A DNA stretch of 64,000 nucleotides from Alphaproteobacteria bacterium (GTDB lineage: Bacteria > Pseudomonadota > Alphaproteobacteria > Micavibrionales > Micavibrionaceae), in assembly GCA_020442385.1 (NCBI GenBank), contig JAGRKE010000015.1, forward strand, positions 34,170-98,169. Reading direction: 5' to 3'. The notes beneath the pieces are model-generated. The model was not told the origin of the DNA and did not search any database. It saw nothing but the letters and a program-made list of their open reading frames with translations. Within the stretch, counting starts at the first letter, position 1. Each line of letters opens with the position of its first letter. Shown here in pieces: positions 46,687 to 55,250 of the stretch. The translations under genes and the position numbers were made by a program.

Positions 46687-49554
46687 TTAGCCACCCGCTT
46701 CTTTGGACCCTTGTTTTCCGCCCGAACCAATATTTTTAAGCAGACCTTCTACCCCTCCACCAATAGAGGAGATGGCTTGTTGGCCACCGACACCGGCCGT
46801 GCCAACCAGACCTTCTGCGGCATTTTGGTTCTGGTCGTTAAAGGTCGAGACGCTCTGTCCCATCCAGCGCAGAATATTGTTCGGGATTAGATCGATCAGT
46901 TTGAAGGACGACATGCCCATCATGTACACGATGATCGCGTAAACAATTGTATAGAAAAATTCATCAACCGGGCCGCGTAAAAATTCCATGATATTGTCAT
47001 CGCCAGAGCCGCTGGCGCCTGTAACGTTGACCGTCATAATATCCCACACATCATTCATGACCGTTACCAAAGCCGAGAAGGTTGAAATACTGGCGAGCAA
47101 TCCAAAAATAATCAGGATTGGCCGCAGGAAAATTTCAAAAATCAGGAAATAACCGTTTACAGCAGCCTGCCCCGGCAGGCCGTTTCCATCAATACGGATA
47201 TGGGCCAGTGCCCAAAGCGGCGCACCGACCATGGCCTCGAAAATGCCTTTGACCCATCCGCCGATGGCAAAGAAGAAATAGATGAAGGGCAAGAATGGAA
47301 TAACATAGAACAACAAAAATCCGATGGTGATCGTTATCATGACAATGCTCATGATTGGTCCGATGAACAGCCCTTGGCTTTTCTCATCCGTGGCGCTGAA
47401 TAGGGCATATGCAGTATTGACCAATATTGCGCGTGTAGAGGCTTCAATCAGCGAGCGGCCGATTTGTACAAGCTGTGCGAGTGGGTGCACTTCTCTGTTC
47501 TCGCGCATTTGAAACAGACCTTCGGTGCCAAACATGTAATTTAAAACATCGATAAACGGGTTGTTTTGTGCAGCTGTTTTTGAGGATGACCCATAATCAG
47601 CAGCTTGCCAATATTTATAGGCTTCCCACAAAGCGTTCGCATAATCTTTCTCAACGGGTTGATTAAATGTGATGGCTTCACCACCCGGCAAAACCGGATT
47701 AAAACGATCATTCCCACTAACAAACGTCAATTTTTGTTTGCGCTGTGCAAGAACGTCTTCCATGACTTGCGGATATTTGGCAACCAAAGGCTTATTGTAA
47801 ACGGCCCCTGCTAATGAACCGTTGAGTTCGGCGACCTTGTTGTACCAAATACCGGCGCCTGCCCAGCCCTTTTCTTTTAAGACTTGGCTGAAATCCCATT
47901 TTGGTGATTTAAGCTGCTCTTTAACAGCGCCCTCACCTATGTCACCCATACCATTGAGCCACATGTCCAGAGGATAGGCCAAGCCACCGCCACCAGAATC
48001 TGGGCCTTTTAATACTCTTTCCATCAAAACTTTTAATCGCTGGATGTTTTCTTGCGCCATTTCTACGGTCGGCAAGAGCTCTTCCACACAATATCCGCCG
48101 CCGCCCCATAACGACGTTGTACAGGCAACATGTACATGCGGGTAGCTCACAGGATCTTCAGCGTTTTGTTCAAAGATCCAGTACCAGCTTAGATTAATAA
48201 TGTACCAGTAATAGCGCTGCATAATCGAAGCGCCGGTGTCGGCATATTTCTCGGCTTCACCGGGCGGTACGGGAACACCACCCGAAGGTTTTGGAGGACG
48301 TGGGTCGGTGAGCGGCAGAACAATCTCTCCACATACCGGGCCAACATAGCCTTTATATTTTCCGAATTTTTCTTTGTCTTCGTACCCAAAGCGAATGGTC
48401 ACATATTCATCGCCGTTGGCGAAATCAAGCATATCTTCGTAGCTGGTATACCCGCCTGGATCTTCACCATATTTTTTTTCCAGCTGAAGGGCGCCATTGT
48501 TTGTGCCTGATAAGGTGTCTCTCACAAGGTATGGTTCTATCTCAACAACATTACCTGAATCAAAAGTGCGGGCAAGCTCCAGCTCTCTACAAACCTTGGC
48601 GGCGTAGATCATTTGAAGAAGCCCGGCGAGTTCCGGGGTCTGCAATTCTGCGACCATTTTTGAATTACTGCCGCCGCCGGCGATCGTGTTACCTGCCTGC
48701 GCGTTAAAGCCCAGTTCATCGTTAAACAGATTCCATCCATTGGTCGCGAAGTTTGAGCCGTATTTGGCGGCATATAAAACAATATATTGCGAGCTGTTAA
48801 TTCCGTTTGTAAGTGGCATCAAAAGGCCGATGGCGACAACAATCCGGATAGGGGCCCAAACCTTATTAAAACGTTTTCCGAAAGGGGTTCCCGTTTGCGC
48901 AGTTTCGGCAATGACGGTCATCATGAAGTAAAAAGCGATAAAGACGGCAACGACCAAAAGCCCGGTACTGTAAACAGCGAAGAGTTTGTGTGTAGCATGG
49001 TGAATCGGGAAAGGCCAGCTTGTTCCGCTTAGAAACCAATTTATTGTCGCGCCGCTTGCATCAACGCAATCGGTTCCTGTTGATACACAAGAGTTAAAAA
49101 TATTCTCAACCCCGAACACCATATCCATCATGATCATGGCGATATCTTGAGCCGGGGGCGCATTCGCTGTGCCGAAGAAACTGAGGAAGTTGGTTCCTAT
49201 TGTTGCGGCGGCCACCGGCTGCACAAAGGCTGCGCTGATAAGTAATCCGATCTGAAGTACAATTAAAACAAAGCCGGTTAGAACCAAAAAGAATAAAAGA
49301 ATCTGATCTATATTTTTTCGACTTAAGGTTAAATTATTGGCCGCTTCGGCGATCACATGACGAATGCCATAGCGACCCATGTTGGCCGGATTGAGATAAG
49401 GGTGATTATCCGGCAGCAGGCGTACAACTTGATAAACCAGCGCAATGAAATAAGGCACATATTGAAAGCCCGAAGCAAACAGCGCCTTAAAGCGCGGCCT
49501 GACCTGCGGCAGGAAGACATAGCTCAGAACTTGTTTTTTGCTTATGCTTGTCAT
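46687..49554 (-). CDS. large polytopic membrane protein, paralogue 2 of 3 (DotA/TraY-like, tentative)
   Basis: 955 aa with the same motif set (AETAQTGTPFGKRFNKVWAPIRI, GWAGAGIWYN, HPLAQL, PLWALAHIRIDGNGLPG, FKLIDLIPNNILRW). 24-nt gap to the next gene. Confidence 0.8.
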   Translation of the reverse strand: MTSISKKQVLSYVFLPQVRPRFKALFASGFQYVPYFIALVYQVVRLLPDNHPYLNPANMGRYGIRHVIAEAANNLTLSRKNIDQILLFFLVLTGFVLIVLQIGLLISAAFVQPVAAATIGTNFLSFFGTANAPPAQDIAMIMMDMVFGVENIFNSCVSTGTDCVDASGATINWFLSGTSWPFPIHHATHKLFAVYSTGLLVVAVFIAFYFMMTVIAETAQTGTPFGKRFNKVWAPIRIVVAIGLLMPLTNGINSSQYIVLYAAKYGSNFATNGWNLFNDELGFNAQAGNTIAGGGSNSKMVAELQTPELAGLLQMIYAAKVCRELELARTFDSGNVVEIEPYLVRDTLSGTNNGALQLEKKYGEDPGGYTSYEDMLDFANGDEYVTIRFGYEDKEKFGKYKGYVGPVCGEIVLPLTDPRPPKPSGGVPVPPGEAEKYADTGASIMQRYYWYIINLSWYWIFEQNAEDPVSYPHVHVACTTSLWGGGGYCVEELLPTVEMAQENIQRLKVLMERVLKGPDSGGGGLAYPLDMWLNGMGDIGEGAVKEQLKSPKWDFSQVLKEKGWAGAGIWYNKVAELNGSLAGAVYNKPLVAKYPQVMEDVLAQRKQKLTFVSGNDRFNPVLPGGEAITFNQPVEKDYANALWEAYKYWQAADYGSSSKTAAQNNPFIDVLNYMFGTEGLFQMRENREVHPLAQLVQIGRSLIEASTRAILVNTAYALFSATDEKSQGLFIGPIMSIVMITITIGFLLFYVIPFLPFIYFFFAIGGWVKGIFEAMVGAPLWALAHIRIDGNGLPGQAAVNGYFLIFEIFLRPILIIFGLLASISTFSALVTVMNDVWDIMTVNVTGASGSGDDNIMEFLRGPVDEFFYTIVYAIIVYMMGMSSFKLIDLIPNNILRWMGQSVSTFNDQNQNAAEGLVGTAGVGGQQAISSIGGGVEGLLKNIGSGGKQGSKEAGG

Positions 49555-49583
49555 TCTTTAATTACCTAAATTGTTCCCCATTA

Positions 49584-52457
49584 TTATTTTTTTCTCGTGC
49601 CCAGCAATTCACCCAATTGGCCAGCTTCTTTTCCGAGAACAGATCCTACACCTTGCCCGAATTGTTGTGCGCTGCTTGTAAGCTGGCGACCAAAGGTCAG
49701 ACCACCAACGGCGGCATAACGTGTAAGCCCTTGCGTGGCATCATCATTAATATCGTTGAAGGAGGACACACCCGCACCCATCCAGCGCAGAATATTATCC
49801 GGGATCTGATCAATCAGTTTAAAGGAAGCGGTGGCCAGCATGTACACAATGATGGTGTACAAGACCGTAAAGAAGAACTGATCGATAATGCCGCGCTTCA
49901 AAACAATGCCGCCGACATCCAGAATGGTTGCATCATATTGATCGGCATAGCCTGTCAAGTTGTCTAGAACGAGTGGCCAAATTGAGTGAAGAACACGCAC
50001 CTGCGCTGTGAAAATAGTAACCGCAGCGACCAGGCCGACGACAATCAGAATCGGCCGCACGAAAATTTCGAAAATCAGGAAATACCCGTTGGCGGCGGAA
50101 TCACCGGGCAGACCTTCCCCATCAAGGCGCAAATGCGCCAGCGCCCAGAGCGGCACACCAACCATAGCCTCGAAAATTCCCTTCACCCATCCGCCGACAG
50201 CAAAGAAGAAATAAACGAACGGCAAGAACGGTAAAATGTAGTAAAGAATAAAGCCGGCAGTCAGGCCGATAAAAGCAATGTTAGTGGCCAGTCCGGCGGC
50301 TGTGCCCTTGGCCAGCCCGAACATCTTGTCAAAAAGATTGCCCATTGTGCCGTCAAGCGTCGCGCCTAAAACATTGATGATTGCGCTGTCAACCAGGCTT
50401 TTTCCAACGGCAGTTAATTGCGCGAGCGGATGAATATAGGCATTTTCACCGCGCATCGCCATCAGGCCGCTGGTGCCGAAAACAAGGTGTATAATATCTT
50501 GGAAAACCGCGCCTGTTGATGTTGAATCTTCGCTGATATTGTTCGCGCCGTCCAGATACCAATATTTATAATAACTGCTCAGCCCCTTGGCGATTGTGGT
50601 TGCATCGGAACCGGCAAGATTGCTTTCAAACAGATCGACCAATCTCTCACCTTTAAAACTTGGATCAAATTTATCAATGGGCGCGGGGGCGGAGTCGTTG
50701 CTGGTTTTTTGTTCGCGCACCTCTTCCATAATTACAGGATAAGATACAGGGCGCGGCACGCTTGTAACGGCGCTGATGAAGGCACCGTTTAGGCTGTTTA
50801 TACGGTTGTACCAAATGCCAGCGCCGCCCCATCCATATTGAAGGATTTCATCGTCCTTCTCGTTACTTTGATTGGCCAGATTATAATCATTCCAGATTTG
50901 TTCAATATGAGATGCCAGATCGCCCTGAATGTCGGCAACCATTTCTGTTTTTAGATTGTTTCCCAGCTCCGCTGTTGCGCAGCTTGGATTATCAGAAACA
51001 AAGATCCCATTACACATAAGGGCTTCATCAGATGGGCCGCATATCGTACAAGATACGTAATAAGGTGCTCCGGAGGCGCTAATCCACTGGTCGTTAAAGT
51101 ACAGAGCCATATATTTTTGAGAAATTTGTATGAGGTTATACTGCGCAGAACCACCTGTGTGCCAAAGGTTTTTAATTAATTCATAATAATATTGTTGTAC
51201 CGCGCCCGGGCCTGCACCGCCCGCTGTGGAGGCATCAACGATTGAAATATTGATCTCACCACAGGTCGGTTCAACCGCGCCTTTATATTGCTTGTTTTTC
51301 TCTTCGTCACGGACACCAAAACGGATGCGAATATCCGACTTATCGTAGAAATCAAGCGCAGTTTGGTAAGTGGTGCTTGGGGTCACTTCTTGAAATGTTG
51401 CGCCACCGCCGCCGCTTAAACTTGGGTTTTTAACGAAATAGGCTTTTATGGTGTTCATGGGCTGCGTGTAATAATCGCGCTGCATTGGGGGTACATAGTT
51501 TTTACTCTCATCCTGATGCCAGTATGAATAGGCGCAGGCATGGGCCAAGGACATGAAGGCAACGGTCGGCGCAATATTGGGTGTTTGCGGAAGGGCTATA
51601 TTGTTTTGGGTTTCACCTGTCGCGCCGATATCACCAAGTTCTTCATTAAACTTAAGCCAGCCGTTTGTCGCCATATTCGATCCGATTTTCGCGGCGTAGA
51701 GCGTGATGAATTGGCCGCTGTTTAAACCGTAATTAATCGGGACCAGCAATCCAAGCGCGACCACCAGCCGGATTGGCACCCAGACATTTTGGAAGCGTTG
51801 ACCGAAGGGTGTGCCTGTGACGGCGGTTTCGCCAATCACAACCACCACGAAATACAGAAAAATCATCGCGGCAACGACCAGTAGACCGAGCGAATAAAAA
51901 CGAAACAGGCTGTGTAACCCAGCATGGAACGCATGCGGCAGATTACCCGGTTCAACAGGGCCGTTTTCCGTACAGGCGACACCAATATCGACACAGGACT
52001 TAAAAAATCCTGGAATGCCAAAAACGCGGTCCATCATCATAAAGGCGATGTCACGCTCGGGCTGTCCGTTACTGAAAATTGATTGCGCCAAAGCGGGCTG
52101 AATAACATAGCCATAAAGCAGCAGGGCGAGCTGCATCACCAAGATGACAATGCCCACCATAAGGGCGGTGAAGATAATAATCTGGTCGATATTTTTGCGG
52201 CTGATGACAAGGTTGTTTGCGGCCTCGCCGATTACATGGCGAATGCCGAACTTGCCGATATTTTGCGGCTCAAGATAAGGGTGATTGCTGGGGAGAAGCT
52301 TAACGATTCCGTAGATCGAGGCCATGAGGAAGGCAAGATAACCAAAGCCTGAGGCAAAAAGGTTTTTCGCGCGCGGAATAATTCCGGGCAGGATCATGTA
52401 TCCCAAAACTTTTTTTGCTTGAACGCCTTGCACGTTGCCCCTCGCCACTCTACTCAC
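49584..52457 (-). CDS. large polytopic membrane protein, paralogue 1 of 3 (DotA/TraY-like, tentative)
   Basis: 957 aa, GTG start, with the same motif set (GETAVTGTPFGQRFQNVWVPIRL, GWGGAGIWYN, HPLAQL, PLWALAHLRLDGEGLPG, FKLIDQIPDNILRW). 29-nt gap to the next gene. Confidence 0.8.
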   Translation of the reverse strand: MSRVARGNVQGVQAKKVLGYMILPGIIPRAKNLFASGFGYLAFLMASIYGIVKLLPSNHPYLEPQNIGKFGIRHVIGEAANNLVISRKNIDQIIIFTALMVGIVILVMQLALLLYGYVIQPALAQSIFSNGQPERDIAFMMMDRVFGIPGFFKSCVDIGVACTENGPVEPGNLPHAFHAGLHSLFRFYSLGLLVVAAMIFLYFVVVVIGETAVTGTPFGQRFQNVWVPIRLVVALGLLVPINYGLNSGQFITLYAAKIGSNMATNGWLKFNEELGDIGATGETQNNIALPQTPNIAPTVAFMSLAHACAYSYWHQDESKNYVPPMQRDYYTQPMNTIKAYFVKNPSLSGGGGATFQEVTPSTTYQTALDFYDKSDIRIRFGVRDEEKNKQYKGAVEPTCGEINISIVDASTAGGAGPGAVQQYYYELIKNLWHTGGSAQYNLIQISQKYMALYFNDQWISASGAPYYVSCTICGPSDEALMCNGIFVSDNPSCATAELGNNLKTEMVADIQGDLASHIEQIWNDYNLANQSNEKDDEILQYGWGGAGIWYNRINSLNGAFISAVTSVPRPVSYPVIMEEVREQKTSNDSAPAPIDKFDPSFKGERLVDLFESNLAGSDATTIAKGLSSYYKYWYLDGANNISEDSTSTGAVFQDIIHLVFGTSGLMAMRGENAYIHPLAQLTAVGKSLVDSAIINVLGATLDGTMGNLFDKMFGLAKGTAAGLATNIAFIGLTAGFILYYILPFLPFVYFFFAVGGWVKGIFEAMVGVPLWALAHLRLDGEGLPGDSAANGYFLIFEIFVRPILIVVGLVAAVTIFTAQVRVLHSIWPLVLDNLTGYADQYDATILDVGGIVLKRGIIDQFFFTVLYTIIVYMLATASFKLIDQIPDNILRWMGAGVSSFNDINDDATQGLTRYAAVGGLTFGRQLTSSAQQFGQGVGSVLGKEAGQLGELLGTRKK

Positions 52458-52727
52458 TCTACCGCACTTGCCGCCTGAATTTTAGCGAAATTCTTATTTA
52501 TTTTACCATCATTCGCGCACGTCGTGCCAATCTACCAGTCATAATTCTGACAGAATTTGGTTAAGAGTTTGTTATGAAATGGCTAAATATCACCTGAATG
52601 TGGCGCGGGCGATATTTGTAAGTCATTGATATATAACAATTTTTATTTCAACCAAAACTGAAATTTAAAAAGACGGCAGAGGATTTCGCGATTGTAGTAA
52701 TAGGAAGAACACATTATCATTCAACCG

Positions 52728-53285
52728 ATGATACGTATCCTCATGTTTTTACTCGTTTTATGGTCTGTTCCCGCGTTCGCGCAGGCACCTGCGAAAACCG
52801 TGATCCATGACGCGGTGGAGGCGGAGTTGCTGCTGGGTAAGCATTTGTTTACTAGTCTTGGTTTAGAACGCGATCTTCATTATACACGCTACGGTGAGTC
52901 AGTTATCTACAAAAAAGACGGTGTTTATTATATGTATGCGGGCCAGATCAGGTTTCATGAAACAAGAGAAGAGCCGTATCGCGGCGGCGGTTATATCATT
53001 GCCAAAGGGACGATCACCGAAATCAAACACAAGGAATTTGTGTTTGAAGGGGTGATTGAAACCCAGACGCTGCAAGGACACGAGTGGTATCCTTGCGTGC
53101 GCACAGGACGATTTATGTTTAGCCGTGATCACGATGATGAGACACAATATGAGCATGATGTTGATTTCTGGCGTTATAATAATGGCTCAGAAGATTATAA
53201 GAGATGTGATCCAAGATCAGATTACTTAGGTATTGATATGTATGTTGATGATATTTTACATGTCTATAATTTTACTGATCCATAA
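52728..53285 (+). CDS. secreted hypothetical protein
   Basis: 185 aa with signal peptide MIRILMFLLVLWSVPAFAQA. No family recognised. AT-rich. Confidence 0.6.
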   Translation: MIRILMFLLVLWSVPAFAQAPAKTVIHDAVEAELLLGKHLFTSLGLERDLHYTRYGESVIYKKDGVYYMYAGQIRFHETREEPYRGGGYIIAKGTITEIKHKEFVFEGVIETQTLQGHEWYPCVRTGRFMFSRDHDDETQYEHDVDFWRYNNGSEDYKRCDPRSDYLGIDMYVDDILHVYNFTDP

Positions 53286-53593
53286 ACTGGAAATATCGGT
53301 TTCGTTCTGCCTCTCCGTTATATTTTTCGTCTCTGAACTTTTTCAGAGCCCCAAGGAATATTTTTTTCTTCTTTGGATCTTTGGCGACATCACTGAGGCC
53401 TCTTAAAGTTTCTGAACCAGCGCTTGCTTTTTCTGGGCGGTCAATTTTGACATGTTTGTTGCGGTGTATCGTGGCTTTTGGGCGGGGTGTTGACGGTTTC
53501 CTGAAGCAGATGCAGTGCGCGCATAATGCGGAAATGCCCTTCCATCATTTCATTGAGGCAATAAAGCAGGATTTCACGGTCTTTTTCGGTCAT
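53272..53593 (-). pseudogene. small gene apparently split by a +1 frameshift (about 106 aa if repaired)
   Basis: Frame A runs from ATG 53593 to TGA 53441 and encodes MTEKDREILLYCLNEMMEGHFRIMRALHLLQETVNTPPKSHDTPQQTCQN. Frame B is open for 90 codons from 53544 to TAA 53272 but has no usable start codon. It reads ...HVKIDRPEKASAGSETLRGLSDVAKDPKKKKIFLGALKKFRDEKYNGEAERNRYFQFMDQ. Confidence 0.3.
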
Positions 53594-53638
53594 TTAAGGA
53601 ATTCTGGTACTTATGTGTACAAGAAAGCATGTTCACAT

Positions 53639-53839
53639 ATGGACATGAGTTTGGCAAGACGTTTGGCAGATAATTTAAGAAAAAGGCGTAGCGGCAAAAC
53701 GCAGGAAGTTTTTGCGCGTAAGTTAGGCATTAGTCGCGTCAGTTTGACTCGTATCGAGAATGCGGAACAAAACGTCTCTCTCAAAACGCTGCAACAGCTC
53801 TGCAAAGCCCTCAAATGTGATATCGGCGATTTGTTTTAA
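53639..53839 (+). CDS. XRE-family helix-turn-helix regulator (66 aa)
   Basis: MDMSLARRLADNLRKRRSGKTQEVFARKLGISRVSLTRIENAEQNVSLKTLQQLCKALKCDIGDLF. The upstream part of track ORF 53381..53839 is unlikely to be coding. Confidence 0.75.
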   Translation: MDMSLARRLADNLRKRRSGKTQEVFARKLGISRVSLTRIENAEQNVSLKTLQQLCKALKCDIGDLF

Positions 53840-53847
53840 GTGATAAA

Positions 53848-53872
53848 CTATTTCTTCTCCAGCAGGCCTTTT
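53848..53872 (-). repeat. 3-prime tail module, copy a
   Basis: Plus strand CTATTTCTTCTCCAGCAGGCCTTTT, which on the minus strand is AAAAGGCCTGCTGGAGAAGAAATAG and encodes ...KGLLEKK stop. Confidence 0.7.
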
Positions 53873-54384
53873 AAGTCTTTAAGGCGAGAGCGATATTCAT
53901 TGTCACCAATGGGGTCCCAATACCCTTTAATGGAATCATCTTCGGAAGATTTTACTTCATCTTCCACAAGGCCAATATAAATCACGCCCGTTTGCATATT
54001 TGAACCTGGGCCGTTATCTTCGCCCTGCGTAATAACTCTGAGATATTTGTGTTTTCCATTCGTAAAATAAAAATCACAATATGCCGTTCCCATGCCTGTA
54101 CATGCGCCCAATTCTTCATATCCTAATTTTAGAAACGGATGCAGATGGCCGTATTTTTCAATGTCATTTTGAATAATCTCATCCCGAAAATCAGTCGTAG
54201 GTATCCAACCGCTTTTTAAAATGATTTTTCGTGCGTCATGGTAAGGCATGTTCATGGTAATAATTTCTTCGCTCTGTTTGATACAGGCAGAGAGTATACA
54301 CAACCCTAATATGCAGAAAACTATACATCGCCTTGTGAAATTATTTTGGATCTTATCATTCAACATAAAGATAAACATATCCAA
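53848..54384 (-). CDS. lipoprotein, paralogue of 54822..55229 (candidate periplasmic immunity-type protein)
   Basis: Lipobox ILSAC. Shares MNMPYHDARKIILKSGW.P, LGYEE...CTG.G...C.FYF.N.K..YL with the other copy. Has an extra C-terminal tail ending LKGLLEKK. The true start is probably an internal ATG just after TTG 54384. Confidence 0.65.
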   Translation of the reverse strand: MDMFIFMLNDKIQNNFTRRCIVFCILGLCILSACIKQSEEIITMNMPYHDARKIILKSGWIPTTDFRDEIIQNDIEKYGHLHPFLKLGYEELGACTGMGTAYCDFYFTNGKHKYLRVITQGEDNGPGSNMQTGVIYIGLVEDEVKSSEDDSIKGYWDPIGDNEYRSRLKDLKGLLEKK

Positions 54385-54388
54385 AAAA

Positions 54389-54419
54389 CTATTTCTCCAA
54401 CAGGTCTTTTACGGTTTTG
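54389..54419 (-). repeat. 3-prime tail module, copy b (out-of-frame relic)
   Basis: CTATTTCTCCAACAGGTCTTTTACGGTTTTG. It would encode ...ARKALIDLKTVKDLLEK stop in a frame different from the overlapping 54409..54762 ORF. Confidence 0.7.
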
Positions 54420-54762
54420 AGGTCAATAAGCGCTTTACGAGCCAAGTACCCAACGTGGCGATTTGTAATGGCAGCAAAGCATAAAAGAAGAGATATATGA
54501 CCATAATATAAAACATGGGTTTCCAAATGCAGACTTGATCGTTGACTGTAGAGTAGATGTCATGCCATCGGGGCTGATACCCTTTTTCCATGTAAGCGCA
54601 TAAATCTTGTCCCGCGTTGTCTCCTAAAAAAGCCCATGAAGCAAGAGCTGAAAACGCCAAAGCCAGCACAATTGTGCTTAAAAAAACATAGCGCACGATG
54701 TTATTTTTTTCTGGTCCAGGGTTTGTTTTTATAGGCGTGGCCAATTTCTTTTCCCATCTCAT
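54409..54762 (-). CDS. small membrane protein (2 predicted TM)
   Basis: 117 aa with VRYVFLSTIVLALAFSALASWAFL and MFYIMVIYLFFYALLPLQIATLGTWLV. No family recognised. Confidence 0.5.
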   Translation of the reverse strand: MRWEKKLATPIKTNPGPEKNNIVRYVFLSTIVLALAFSALASWAFLGDNAGQDLCAYMEKGYQPRWHDIYSTVNDQVCIWKPMFYIMVIYLFFYALLPLQIATLGTWLVKRLLTSKP

Positions 54763-54821
54763 TTACATTTTCACGGCCGGTTGAATTCCAGATTGATCCG
54801 ATTTTTTCGGGTGTTGGGTTT

Positions 54822-55229
54822 TTAATCAATTTCATAGCGAATAGCGGCATAGACAATCTTTGTTTGGATTTCGAAGTGGGGGTCTGGATATTCCCCACTC
54901 GTACCAAGTTTTAGATACTCACCTTTTTCATTTTGAAAATAAAATAAGCAGGCCAGCATGCCTGCCCCTGTACAATCAGAAACCTCAGCATAACCCAGAT
55001 CCCGAAAATAATGTGCAGCAGCTCCTATCTCATCGTATGGCGGCATACCGTCTGCAGGTTTCCATCCACTTTGCAAAATAATTTTTCGTGCGTCATGATA
55101 ATTCATATTCATGATGATGGATTGATTGTTCGCTTCTTTTGCGTAGGTACAAGATGTAAGCAAGAGCAGTGCCAGAAGCCCAAAATAGCTAAATGAAACA
55201 GCATTTTTCTGTTTAAAAATATTATTCAT
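54822..55229 (-). CDS. lipoprotein, paralogue of 53848..54384 (candidate periplasmic immunity-type protein)
   Basis: ATG 55229. Lipobox LLTSC. MNMNYHDARKIILQSGWKP and LGYAEVSDCTGAGMLACLFYFQNEKGEYL. Starts 21 nt after the GH104-like stop. Confidence 0.65.
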   Translation of the reverse strand: MNNIFKQKNAVSFSYFGLLALLLLTSCTYAKEANNQSIIMNMNYHDARKIILQSGWKPADGMPPYDEIGAAAHYFRDLGYAEVSDCTGAGMLACLFYFQNEKGEYLKLGTSGEYPDPHFEIQTKIVYAAIRYEID

Positions 55230-55250
55230 CAAGACATTTATAGCTCTAAA

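Noticed and set aside
43927-52457. The three giant proteins as RTX/RHS/YD-repeat toxins, autotransporters or adhesins.
   Set aside because: There are no nonapeptide, YD or Ig-like repeats, no C-terminal beta-barrel and no cleavable signal peptide. Instead there are multiple hydrophobic helices at both ends, which indicates integral inner-membrane proteins.
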